64,000 bases of DNA from Candidatus Marinacidobacterium sp. (GTDB taxonomy: Bacteria; Acidobacteriota; Vicinamibacteria; Marinacidobacterales; Marinacidobacteraceae), in the NCBI GenBank assembly GCA_965204755.1, contig OZ242011.1, positions 2,048,001 through 2,112,000 on the forward strand, given 5' to 3'. Below are positions 27,665 through 37,582 of the stretch, piece after piece. Every line of letters begins with the position of its first letter. Position 1 is the stretch's first letter. The notes beneath the pieces are model-generated. The model was not told the origin of the DNA. It was given only the letters and a program-made list of their open reading frames with translations, and did not search any database. The translations under genes were made by a program, and so were the position numbers.

Positions 27665-29695
27665 TCAGGCCCAGAAGTAGAGGGCGGCGCCGAACAGCAC
27701 GACCGCGAACACCGTGAGCAGCGCGTAGTTCTGGAAGAGTCCGGTCTGCATCCGGCGGAACCGCGCGGACAGGGCGCCGAGGGTTTCCGCCACCAGGTTC
27801 ACCGCCCGGTCCACCAGGTTCTGGTCGGAGAGGTCGGAGAGGTCGCCGGAGAGGCGCGTCAGCGAAGCGGCGCCGTTCACCGCGCCGTCCACCACCCGCT
27901 GGTCGAAGCGGAACAGGGTCTCGCCGCCGGAGATCGCGCCGGAAACCGCGGTGGCGTCGTAGATCTCGTCCACGAAGTACTTGCCGCGGAGCGTCCGGTA
28001 CGCCCGGCTGCCGACCAGGTGTTCGTCGCGCGTCGGCTGCTCCCGGTAGCGGCGCCAGGCGAACAGGATCCCGGCGACGGCGAGCCCCACCGATACCGCC
28101 ATGAAGGCGTACTCGACCACCGCCGAGCCGTGGTGCGCCTCGGCGGCGGCGTGCCCCCCGGCGAGGATCGCCGGCTCGAGGAAGTGCTCGATGCGGTTCG
28201 AGCCGCCGAGCACCGCCGGCACCCCCACGAAACCGGCGACCACCGAGCCGGCCGCCAGCACGATCAGCGGGATCGTCATCGAAGGGACGGACTCGTGGAG
28301 TTTTTGCTCCATCGCCGCCCCGCCCCGGAACTTCCCGCAGAAGGTCATGACCACCTGCCGCGTCATGTAGAACGCGGTCATCGCCGCCGCGGCGGCCCCG
28401 AACACCCAGAGAAGCGTCACATGCCCGCCGTGGGTCGCCTTCCACAGGATTTCGTCCTTGCTGAAGAAACCCGCCAGCGGCGGCAGCCCGGCGAGCGCCG
28501 CGGTGGCGATCATGAAGGTCCACGCGGTGCGGGGCATGTGGCCGAGCAGCCCGCCCATGTTCCGCATGTCCTGCATCTCGGTGTAATGCCGATGCCCGCC
28601 GGAGGCGTGTTCGGCGTGCTCCATCGCGTGGATCACGCTGCCGGAGCCGAGGAACAGGCAGGCCTTGAAGAAGGCGTGCGTCATCAGGTGGAAGATCGCC
28701 GCCGCGAACGCCCCGACGCCCGCGCCGAGGAACATGTACCCGAGTTGCGAGACCGTCGAGTAGGCGAGGACCTTCTTGATGTCGTTCTGGAAGAGCGCGA
28801 TGGACGCGGCGAAGAGCGCGGTTACCGCCCCCACCGTCGCGACCACGGACATCGCCGCCGGCGCGTGCGAGAACAGCACGCCGCTCCGGGCCACCATGTA
28901 CACGCCGGCGGTGACCATCGTCGCCGCGTGGATCAGCGCCGAGACCGGCGTCGGCCCTTCCATCGCGTCCGGCAGCCAGACATAGAGCGGGATCTGCGCC
29001 GACTTCCCGGCGGCGCCCACGAACAGCAGGATCCCGATCGCGGTGAGGACGCCGCCGGTCATCTCCCCGGCGGAGATCTGCCCCATGACCTCGTAGAAGT
29101 CCAGCGTGCCGAAGGTCACGAAGACCAGCATCACCGCGAGGATGAACCCGGCGTCGCCGATCCGGTTCACCACGAACGCCTTCTTCCCGGCCACCGCCGC
29201 CGCCGGCCGCTCGAACCAGAAGCCGATGAGCAGGTAGGAGCAAAGCCCCACCCCCTCCCAGCCGATGAACATCAGCAGGAAGTTCGCCCCCAGCACCAGG
29301 TTCAGCATGAAGAAGGTGAACAGGTTGAGGTAGGCGAAGAACCGGCTGAATCCGGCGTCGGCGCTCATGTAGCCGACCGAGTAGATGTGGATCAGCAGCC
29401 CGATGCCGGTAACCACCAGCGTCATCAGCATCGAGAGCGAATCCAGCCGGTAGGCCCACTCCACCCCCATGCTCGGGATCCAGGGGAAGAGCGACTGCTC
29501 CAGCCGCGCGGAGGCCCCGCCGTCGGCGAGGAAGACCGTGAAGAAGAACGAAACCGCGATCAGGAACGAGCCGGCGACCGCGCCGCAGGCCACCGCCGCG
29601 CTCCCCCGCTTCCCGAGGCGCCGGCCGAACAGGCCGCACAGCGCCGCGCCGATCCCCGGCAGGAGGGGGATGAGCCAGAGGAGCGAGGAGTTCAA
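27665..29695 (-). CDS. nuoL: NADH-quinone oxidoreductase subunit L
   Basis: GWEGVGLCSYLLIGFW, GKSAQIPLYVWLPDAMEGPTPVSALIHAATMVTAG and HAFFKA. Confidence 0.96.
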   Translation of the reverse strand: MNSSLLWLIPLLPGIGAALCGLFGRRLGKRGSAAVACGAVAGSFLIAVSFFFTVFLADGGASARLEQSLFPWIPSMGVEWAYRLDSLSMLMTLVVTGIGLLIHIYSVGYMSADAGFSRFFAYLNLFTFFMLNLVLGANFLLMFIGWEGVGLCSYLLIGFWFERPAAAVAGKKAFVVNRIGDAGFILAVMLVFVTFGTLDFYEVMGQISAGEMTGGVLTAIGILLFVGAAGKSAQIPLYVWLPDAMEGPTPVSALIHAATMVTAGVYMVARSGVLFSHAPAAMSVVATVGAVTALFAASIALFQNDIKKVLAYSTVSQLGYMFLGAGVGAFAAAIFHLMTHAFFKACLFLGSGSVIHAMEHAEHASGGHRHYTEMQDMRNMGGLLGHMPRTAWTFMIATAALAGLPPLAGFFSKDEILWKATHGGHVTLLWVFGAAAAAMTAFYMTRQVVMTFCGKFRGGAAMEQKLHESVPSMTIPLIVLAAGSVVAGFVGVPAVLGGSNRIEHFLEPAILAGGHAAAEAHHGSAVVEYAFMAVSVGLAVAGILFAWRRYREQPTRDEHLVGSRAYRTLRGKYFVDEIYDATAVSGAISGGETLFRFDQRVVDGAVNGAASLTRLSGDLSDLSDQNLVDRAVNLVAETLGALSARFRRMQTGLFQNYALLTVFAVVLFGAALYFWA

Positions 29696-30066
29696 GTCAG
29701 GGAGTCCGGGTCGGTCGGCGCGGGATGGCGGTCAGCGGCGGCGCCGCCGGCCGGCGCGGCCGACGAGCGCCGCCGGTCGGGCCCGGCGGGAGAACCGTCC
29801 TCCCCGCATCGCCGCCGTCTTTCGACCGGCGAACGCCGGGCCGCCGCCGGTGGATCGCGGATCGAAACCCCGCCGAAACCGGCGCGGAAAATACCGGATA
29901 CGCCCAGCCGGGTCAACGACTCCGGGCCTCCCGCCCCGGCCCCGCCGGGCGCGGACCGGGCGAACGCGCCCTCCGCCGGCCCCGGCCCGCCGGGTTCGGG
30001 GAGCGCCCCTCGGCGCGAAACGCCGGGGGGCGGCGGGGAGAGGGGCTCCCCTTTCCCCGCGGGCCG

Positions 30067-30858
30067 TCAGTAGAGGCTCTTGATGTGGCCGCCGTCCACC
30101 TGCAGCGTCGTCCCGGTGATGTAACTCGCCCGCTCCGACGCCAGGAAGGCCGCCGCCGCCCCGAACTCCTCCGGCTCGCCCACCCGGCCGAGCGGGATGT
30201 CCTTCGCCCACTCGGCATAGACCGCTTCCTCCGGCGTCCCGCGGCTCTCGGCCAGGTGGGCGGCCAACTCGGCGAGCCGGTCGGTGCGGGTGAAGCCGGG
30301 GCACAGCACATTCGCCAGCACCCCGTAGGGCGCCGCCTCGTTCGCCAGCGACTTCATGAACCCGGCGATCCCGGCGCGGGCGGTGTTCGACAGGATGATG
30401 TCCGGCACCGGCTGCTTCACCGACACCGAGGCGATGGCCAGGATCCGCCCCCAGCGCCGCTCCCGCATCCCGGGCAGGGCCGCCCGCACCAGGTGGACGC
30501 AGGACAGGAGGTTCTCGTCCAGCGCCCGCTTCCACTCCTCCGGGGTGGTGTTCGCCAGCCGGGTCGGCGGCGGCCCCCCGGCGTTGGTGACCAGGATGTC
30601 CACCTGCCCGAACTCCGCCTCGGCGGCGCGGACGAAGCCGGCCGCCGCCTCCGGGTCGCCCACATCCACCGGATGGGCCAGCACCGCCGCGCCGCTGCGG
30701 GCGCGGATTTCGGCGGCGGTCCGCTCCAGCGCCTCCGCCCCGCGGGCGCCGAGCGCCAGCCGCGCGCCTTCGGCGGCCAGCGCCTCCGCCACCGCCCGCC
30801 CGAGGCCCCGGCTCGCCGCCGCGACTACGGCGACCCGCCCGCTGATCCCGAGATCCAA
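30067..30858 (-). CDS. SDR family oxidoreductase
   Basis: AASRGLG, DILVTNAGGPP, SNTARAG and ASYITG..LQVDGG. Confidence 0.92.
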   Translation of the reverse strand: MDLGISGRVAVVAAASRGLGRAVAEALAAEGARLALGARGAEALERTAAEIRARSGAAVLAHPVDVGDPEAAAGFVRAAEAEFGQVDILVTNAGGPPPTRLANTTPEEWKRALDENLLSCVHLVRAALPGMRERRWGRILAIASVSVKQPVPDIILSNTARAGIAGFMKSLANEAAPYGVLANVLCPGFTRTDRLAELAAHLAESRGTPEEAVYAEWAKDIPLGRVGEPEEFGAAAAFLASERASYITGTTLQVDGGHIKSLY

Positions 30859-30942
30859 GTCAGCCCGTCCGCGCCGCGCCCGGCCGGGCCCGGCGCCGGG
30901 CTGCGGCCGATCCCCCGAACCGCCCCCGCCCGTCCGGAGGGG

Positions 30943-31275
30943 TCACCCGTACTGGCGTTCCTTGCAGTCCACGCACACCCGCGTCCAGGGCACGGCGCGC
31001 AGGCGCGGCTCGGGGATCGGCTCCTCGCACTCGGAGCAGACGCCGAACACGCCCTCCCGGATGCGGGTCAGCGCCTTCTCGATCGCCCGGAGCAATTTGG
31101 CGTCGTTCTGCTGCAGTTGGATGACGATCTCGTCGTCGCTGGCGACCATGGAGCGGTCGCCGTCGTCCCCCCGCGCCTGGCTCCGCGAGAACTCCCGGGT
31201 GTGCACCAGCCCCTCGATCTCGGCCTTCTTGTCGAGCAGCCGCCGCTCGTGCTGCGCCAACTCTTCGGGGGTCAT
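30943..31275 (-). CDS. TraR/DksA C4-type zinc finger protein
   Basis: Coiled coil with DDGD, AL.RI..G.FG.CSEC...IP..RL.AVPW...CVDC. Confidence 0.9.
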   Translation of the reverse strand: MTPEELAQHERRLLDKKAEIEGLVHTREFSRSQARGDDGDRSMVASDDEIVIQLQQNDAKLLRAIEKALTRIREGVFGVCSECEEPIPEPRLRAVPWTRVCVDCKERQYG

Positions 31276-31650
31276 GTGGTCGGTCTCGCCGGTGTCTTCG
31301 CGGGAGGAGGGGCGCCGCGTGAGCCGCCCCGCCGGGGTCGCCGGGAGACGCCGTCCGCAAAAACGCCGAACCGCTGATTCTAGCCGGAGACCGGCCCGGA
31401 TCTTGGCCGCCCGGCCCTCGACTGGTACCCTCCGGCGCCCTGTGGAGCCGCGGCGCGGGCCGTCGGCCGCGGCGCCCGAACCCTCCCGGGGCGCGGGCGC
31501 TCACCGGAGGCGCCGATCCTCCCTCCCCCTGCGGGGGCGCGCTCCGAACCGTTGATTCGAAGCCCCTCCACGGGCTGTACCCGGGCGCCGGGCGGACCCG
31601 GCGCGGCGTTTTTCGCCGGCCTCGGCCCCTCTTCGTGCACGGAGGTAGTT

Positions 31651-34427
31651 GTGCGATTTACCCCCCCCCCCCCCCCCCCCCTACTTTTTGTTGCGCTTCG
31701 CTCACCGGCCGGGAGCGCCCGACATCGAGGGCGCTGACAGCGGCGTTCCTCGTCGCGTTCGCGGTCATTTCCATCGGTTGTAGCGAACAGTCGGCGTCCA
31801 CCGCGCCGGCGCCGGCTCCTCCCCCGGCAGCCGCGCCGGCCGCGCCCGCGCCGGGTGCGCCGGCGGACCTCCGGGTCTCGGCGACCGGCGTGGATTTCAT
31901 CGAGGTCTCCTGGAGCGCCGTCGAGGGGGCGACCGGCTACGAAGTCCAGTTGAGTCTTCTCGCCGCCGCCGACTTCAGTTCGGTAACGGCGGCGAATGTC
32001 ACCGGCCTGACCCACCGGTTCACGGTGGCCGCGGAGACGACCGGCCATGTGCGCGTCCGGGCCACGAGCGCCGGGACGAGGAGCGACTGGAGCGAAGCGG
32101 TGTCGGGGACGAGCCTCGCGGCGCCGCTGGCGCTCGCCGCGCCGATGCCGCGGGTTTCGGACACCGGGACCGACTTCATCGAGTGGAGTTGGGAAGCCGT
32201 GCCGGAGGCGCTGGCTTACGAGGCGCAGGTCAGCGCGACCGAGGACTTCGCCTCGGCGGAGACGGAGCGGGTAACCGGGACGAGCCACCGCGCGGCGGTC
32301 GAGCCCTCCACGACCGCGCGCCTGCGGGTCCGCGCGGTCGCGGGGACTTCGGCGGCGCCGATCGTCAGCGACTGGAGCGCGGCCGCGGAAGGGAGCAGCG
32401 CCGCGGCGGAAGTCGCGTTCACGGTCAGCCTGCGGCCGCCGGCCGTGAAGGACGACCGGGCCTGCGGCGGCCAGGCGTTCTGCCCGGACGAGGGCAGCGA
32501 CCTCGAGACGGCGACCGCGGCGATGAACCGGAGGATGGTCGTGACGAGTTCCACGCCGACGGAGGTCCGGCCGCTCTTCGTCGAGGGCGCCGCCGCGATC
32601 ACCGCGTCGGCGGGGGAGAGTTCGCCGTTCGCGTACAGCCGCTGGCCGGCGCTCCAGAAGACGATCGCGATGGAAGGCGTGTCGTTCGCGCTGCGGCGGG
32701 TCTCGATGGGCGCCGGCCAGGAGCCGACCCCGACCGGGAACACGCTCTACATCACCTGCGGCCCGTTCCGCTGTTCGGAGGCGGCGGACGAGACGCCGCC
32801 GGCCCCGCCGATCACGATCTCGGACTCCGCGGCGTGCTCCGGGTTCGAGCCGGACTTCACGCTGAACCCGGGCATGGCGCTGAACAACAACCCGAACCAG
32901 AACAACGGCTTGGACGCGGGCTGGACCTACACCTCGACCGTCCCGGCCACGGTGACGCATGTGTTCGAGGGGATCCCCGGGTCGAACGGGGGCCCGTTCC
33001 GGGTGAAGGGCGCCGCCATCCGGGCGACTTCGACCCCGGCGCCGCTGGACATGAGCCGGAACGACGCGACCGGCGTGAATGTCTTCGGCGGGACGCTCGA
33101 CAACGCTTGGACGAGCACCGGTTTCGGCGTCCAGAACCTGCAGGTAACGACCGCCGGCCCGATCCGCAACGGCGAGGACGACTGCTTCTTCGAGAGCGAG
33201 GACGCGTTCGGCGACCACAAGACCACGAGCGGAGGGTGGCACGCGAACGCCTGGCGGGCCGAGTGGGGGAGTTACGACCTCGTGGGCCGCGATGTCCGCA
33301 AGCCGGAGGAATGCTTCCGCATCATCACCTACGACACCGAAGACTGTTCGGGCAACCGCTGCGAGAACGACAACCCCTCCCGGGCCGACTACCTGCAGGG
33401 GTATTCGATCGAGGTGCAGCCGGAAGCCGCGGTTGCCTGGGCCGGCAGCGCGGTGGACTGGAGCAAGGTGGAGGGGTCGTTCGCCGAACTGGAATGCGAA
33501 CCCGTAACGATCTCCGCCTCGGCCCAGGTGGACATGTGCGACCTGTTCGAAGAGGAAGTGGATCTCTACTGGGGCCAGGGCCGGGTGGCCGACCTCGACG
33601 GGAGACCGGGAAGCGCCGAATTCAAGGTGCGGCCCGTGGTCCTCTTCGGCCGGGGCGAGGTCCCCGGCAGCCACCGGCTCGTCGAACTCAAGGCGACGCG
33701 GAACATGGGGCCGGGCGACTACCTGAATGCGCGGGACGCCGATGCCGCGGACCCGAACAGCGGTTTCTACCGCCCCCGGGGCAGCCGCTTCCTGTCACTC
33801 TGGCTCGCGGAGTTCGGGCCGAGGCAGACCGGAACCTGGATCGAAGCGAATCACGAGGCGCGGAATGTGGGGATCGACGGCACTCCGTGGGACTCGAACC
33901 TCTACTACTCGTCGGGGAACCACGCTTGGGAGTTCCTGGTCCATGGGCGTTGGTACGGGCACCCCAGCGGCCAGTGGATGGCTTGGCCCCAAGACGGCCT
34001 GACCCCTCCCGTTCCCCAGGCGCAGCACAACCAATGGCAGTTCCAGCGGGGAATCGTCGTCTTCCCGATGCAGGACCACGACGCCCATCCGATCCACGGG
34101 GACTTCGGCAAGGTGGACATCAACGGGGACGGCAAGGCGGACAACATGGGCGACGGCGCCGACCGCAACTGCTCGGACGCCGACGGGCCCGGCTGCGATG
34201 TGGACGAACTCGAACTCGACGGCGAAGCGACCTTCTCGCTCTACAAGAACTCCGAGGACTTGGCCTGCCATGTAACCCGGGAGGTCTCCATCACCTGCTC
34301 GTGGGACGCGTCGGGAGACGCGAACCGCTCCGGCCGCGGCGAGATCTGGGCGAACTGGAGCCAGGCCCGGACGAGGGACGACCGCACCACGAACGCGGGC
34401 GACTTCATCAGTTGCCGCGGGAACTGA
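31651..34427 (+). CDS. FN3-domain surface lipoprotein, copy 1 (out of frame at the poly-C tract, putative phase-OFF)
   Basis: RBS GGAGG at 31641, GTG at 31651, then C21. The GTG frame stops at 31737; the main frame carries lipobox ISIGC, a Pro/Ala linker, two FN3 domains and a Cys-rich C-terminal region. Confidence 0.8.
31661..31681. repeat. Poly-C homopolymer (C21), putative slipped-strand switch
   Basis: GTGCGATTTA followed by 21 C. Confidence 0.9.
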
Positions 34428-34447
34428 CGACCCGGTAGCCGCCGATC

Positions 34448-34480
34448 GGATCCCCCGGGCCGGCGGGCCCCGGGGGATCC
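34448..34480 (+). terminator. GC-rich hairpin after lipoprotein copy 1
   Basis: ggatcccccggg...cccgggggatcc inverted repeat; no clear U-tract. Confidence 0.5.
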
Positions 34481-34599
34481 CCCCTCCGTCGACCCGAGGG
34501 AGGAGCGGTCCCCTGCCGGTCTGCTATTTTCCGGCGCCCCGGACGCCGGATGGCCCGGCCGGGCGCTCGCGGCAGGCCGCGTTTCTCGAGGAGATCACC

Positions 34600-37379
34600 A
34601 TGCGATTTACCCCCCCCCCCCCCCCCCCCCCCCACTTATCGCGCGTCGCGCACCGGCCGCGAAGCGTCTCGCGCCGAAGTGGCCGGCGCTCGTTCTCGCG
34701 TTCGGGTTCCTGACCGTCGGTTGCAGTGAGCAGCAGTCGGCCACCACTCCGGCGCCGGCCCCTCCCCCCGCAGCCGCGCCGGCCGCGCCCACGCTGGGCG
34801 CGCCGGCCGACCTCCGGGTTTCGGCGACCGGCGTGGACTTCATCGAGGTCTCCTGGAGCGCCGTCGAGGGGGCGACCGGTTACGAAGCCCAGTTGAGTCT
34901 TCTCGCCGCCGCGGACTTCACTTCGGTAACGGCGGCGAATGTCACCGGTACGACGCACCGGTTCACGGTGGCCGCGGAGACGACCGGCCATGTGCGCGTC
35001 CGGGCGACGAGCGCCGAGACCCGGAGCGACTGGAGCGAAGCGGTGTCGGGGACCAGCTTCGCCGCGCCGCTGGCGCTCGCGGCGCCGATGCCGCGCGTGT
35101 CGGACACCGGGACGGACTTCATCGAGTGGAGTTGGGAAGCCGTGCCGGAGGCGCTGGCGTACGAAGTACAGGTGAGCGATTCGGAGGATTTCGCTTCGGC
35201 GGAGGCCGAGCGCGTAACCGGGACCAGCCACCGCGCGGCGGTCGAGCCCTCCACCACGGCGCACCTGCGGGTCCGCGCGGTCGCCGGGACCTCGGCGGCG
35301 CCGATCGTCAGCGACTGGAGCGCGGCGGCGGAAGGGAGCAGCGCCGCGGCGGAGATCGCGTTCACGGTGAGCCTGCGGCCGCCGGCCGCGAAGGACGACC
35401 GGGCCTGCAGCGGCCAAGCGTTCTGCCCGGACGAGGGGAGCGACCTCGAGACGGCGACGGCGGCGATGAACCCGCGGATGATCGTGACGAGTTCCACGCC
35501 GGCGGAAGTCCGCCCGCTCTTCGTCGAAGGCGCCGCCGCGATCACGGCGTCCGCCGGGGAGAGTTCGCCGTTCGCGTTCATCCGCTGGCCGGCGCTGCAG
35601 AAGACCGTCGCGATGGAAGGCGTGTCGTTCGCGCTGCGGCGGGTCTCCATGGGCGCCGGCCAGGAGCCGACGCCGACCGGGAACACCCTCTACATCACCT
35701 GCGGCCCGTTCCGCTGTTCCGAGGCGGCCGACGAGGCCCCGCCCGCGCCGCCGATCACGATCTCGGACTCGGCGGCCTGCTCCGGCTTCGAGGCGGACTT
35801 CACGCTGAACCCGGGCATGGCGCTGAACAACAACCCCAACCAGGAAAACGGCCTGGACGCGGGCTGGACCTACACCTCGACCGCCCCGGGCACGGTGACG
35901 CATGTGTTCGAGGGGATCCCGGGCCCCGCCGGAGGCCCGTTCCGGGTGAAGGGCCCCTCCTTCCGGGCGGCTTCCACGCCGACCCCGCTGGACATGAGCC
36001 GGAACGACGCGACGGGCGTGAATGTCTTCGGCGGGACGATAGACAACGACTACGACAACATCGGCGGTTTCGGCGTGCAGAACCTGCAGGTAACGACCGC
36101 CGGCCCGATCCGCAACGGCGAGGACGACTGCTTCTTCGAGAGCGAGGCCGCCTTCGGCGACCACCGGCACGCGAGCGGGGGCTGGCACCCGAACGCCTGG
36201 CGGGCGGAATGGGGGAGTTACGACATCGTGGGCCGCGATGTCCGCAAGCCGGAGGAGTGCTTCCGCATCATCACCTACGACACCGAGGACTGTTCGAGCA
36301 ACAACTGCCAGAACGACCACCCCTCCCGGACCGACTACCTGCAGGGGTATTCGATCGAGGTGCAGCCGGAGGCGGCGGTCGCCTGGGCCGGCAGCGGGGT
36401 GGACTGGAGCAGGGTGGAGGGGTCGTTCGCGGAACTCGAGTGCGAAGGCGTAACGATCTCCGCATCTGACCAGGTGGACATGTGCGAACTGTTCGAGGAG
36501 GAAGTGGACCTCTGGTGGGGTCAGGGCCGGATAGCCGGCCTCGACGGGCGACCGGGGAGCGCCGAGTTCAAGGTGCGGCCGGTGATCTTCTACGACCGGA
36601 GCGACGACACCATTACCGGAAACCGGCTCGTCGAACTCGCGGTTACCCGAAACATGGGGCCGGGCGACCGGTTCCACTTTTCGGACCCCGCCGTCGACGA
36701 TCCGGCCCGGGACATCCACCGCCCCCGGGGGAGCCGCTTCATGTCGCTCTGGCTCGCGGAATTCGGGCCGAGGCAACCGAATGTGGGGACCTGGCACGAG
36801 TGGCATCACGACAACAGCCGAGTGGGGATAGACGGCACGCCGTGGGATGTGAACCTCTACTACCCGGCGAACAACCACGCCTGGCAGGCGGAGGTCTTCG
36901 GGCTCTGGTACGGGCACCCCAGCGGTCAGTGGCAGGCTTGGCCGGCCGCCTCCCTGAGTCCTACGCCCACTGAACCGGACAAATGGTCATTCCAGCGCGG
37001 GGTCGTTACCTTCCCGATGCAGGACATCGACGCCCATCCGATCCACGGGGACTTCGGCAAGGTGGACATCGCCGAGGACGGCAAGGCGGACAACATGGGC
37101 GCCGGCGCCGACCGGAACTGCTCGGACGCCGACGGGCCCGGCTGCGATGTGGACGAACTCACGCTCGAAGGCGAAACGACCTTCTCGCTCTACAAGAACT
37201 CCGAGGACTTGCCCTGCCATGTAACCAAGCAGGTTTCGATCACCTGCTCGTGGGACGCGTCCGGAGACCGGGACCGCTCCGGCCGCGGCACGATCTGGGC
37301 GGACTGGTTTACCGCGTCCAGCGACGCCGACGCGTTCGCCACGAACGCCGGCGACTTCATCACTTGCCGCGGAAACTGA
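34600..37379 (+). CDS. FN3-domain surface lipoprotein, copy 2 (out of frame at the poly-C tract, putative phase-OFF)
   Basis: RBS GAGGAG, ATG at 34600, then C24. The ATG frame stops early; the main frame (that of ORF 34833) reads PLIARRAPAAKRLAPKWPALVLAFGFLTVGC, a lipobox. Confidence 0.8.
34610..34633. repeat. Poly-C homopolymer (C24), putative slipped-strand switch
   Basis: ATGCGATTTA followed by 24 C. Confidence 0.9.
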
Positions 37380-37395
37380 CGACCCGGTAGCCGCC

Positions 37396-37424
37396 GATCC
37401 CCGGGCCGGGCGGGCCCGGGGATC
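37396..37424 (+). terminator. GC-rich hairpin after lipoprotein copy 2
   Basis: gatccccgggcc...ggcccggggatc inverted repeat, homologous to the hairpin after copy 1. Confidence 0.5.
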
Positions 37425-37582
37425 CCCCCTCCGGCGCCCGCCGGGCGCCTCCCGGAGGCGCCGGGCCGGTGCGCGGGCCGCTCGGGGCGGTCCTCCGTCC
37501 GGTCTGCTAACTTCCGGCGTCCCGCGGGCCGGGTGGCCCGGCTTGGCCTTCCCGGCAGGCCGCGTCTCTCGAGGAGACCACG

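Noticed and set aside
29696-30066. Possible structured RNA or riboswitch in the GC-rich intergenic region upstream of nuoL
   Set aside because: Hairpins are expected at this GC content and I recognised no conserved RNA family motif.
31635-31650. ORF-track start (GTG 31635) giving an intact copy 1
   Set aside because: It has no RBS and overlaps the GGAGG that precedes GTG 31651, which aligns with the ATG CGA starts of copies 2 and 3. It cannot be fully excluded.
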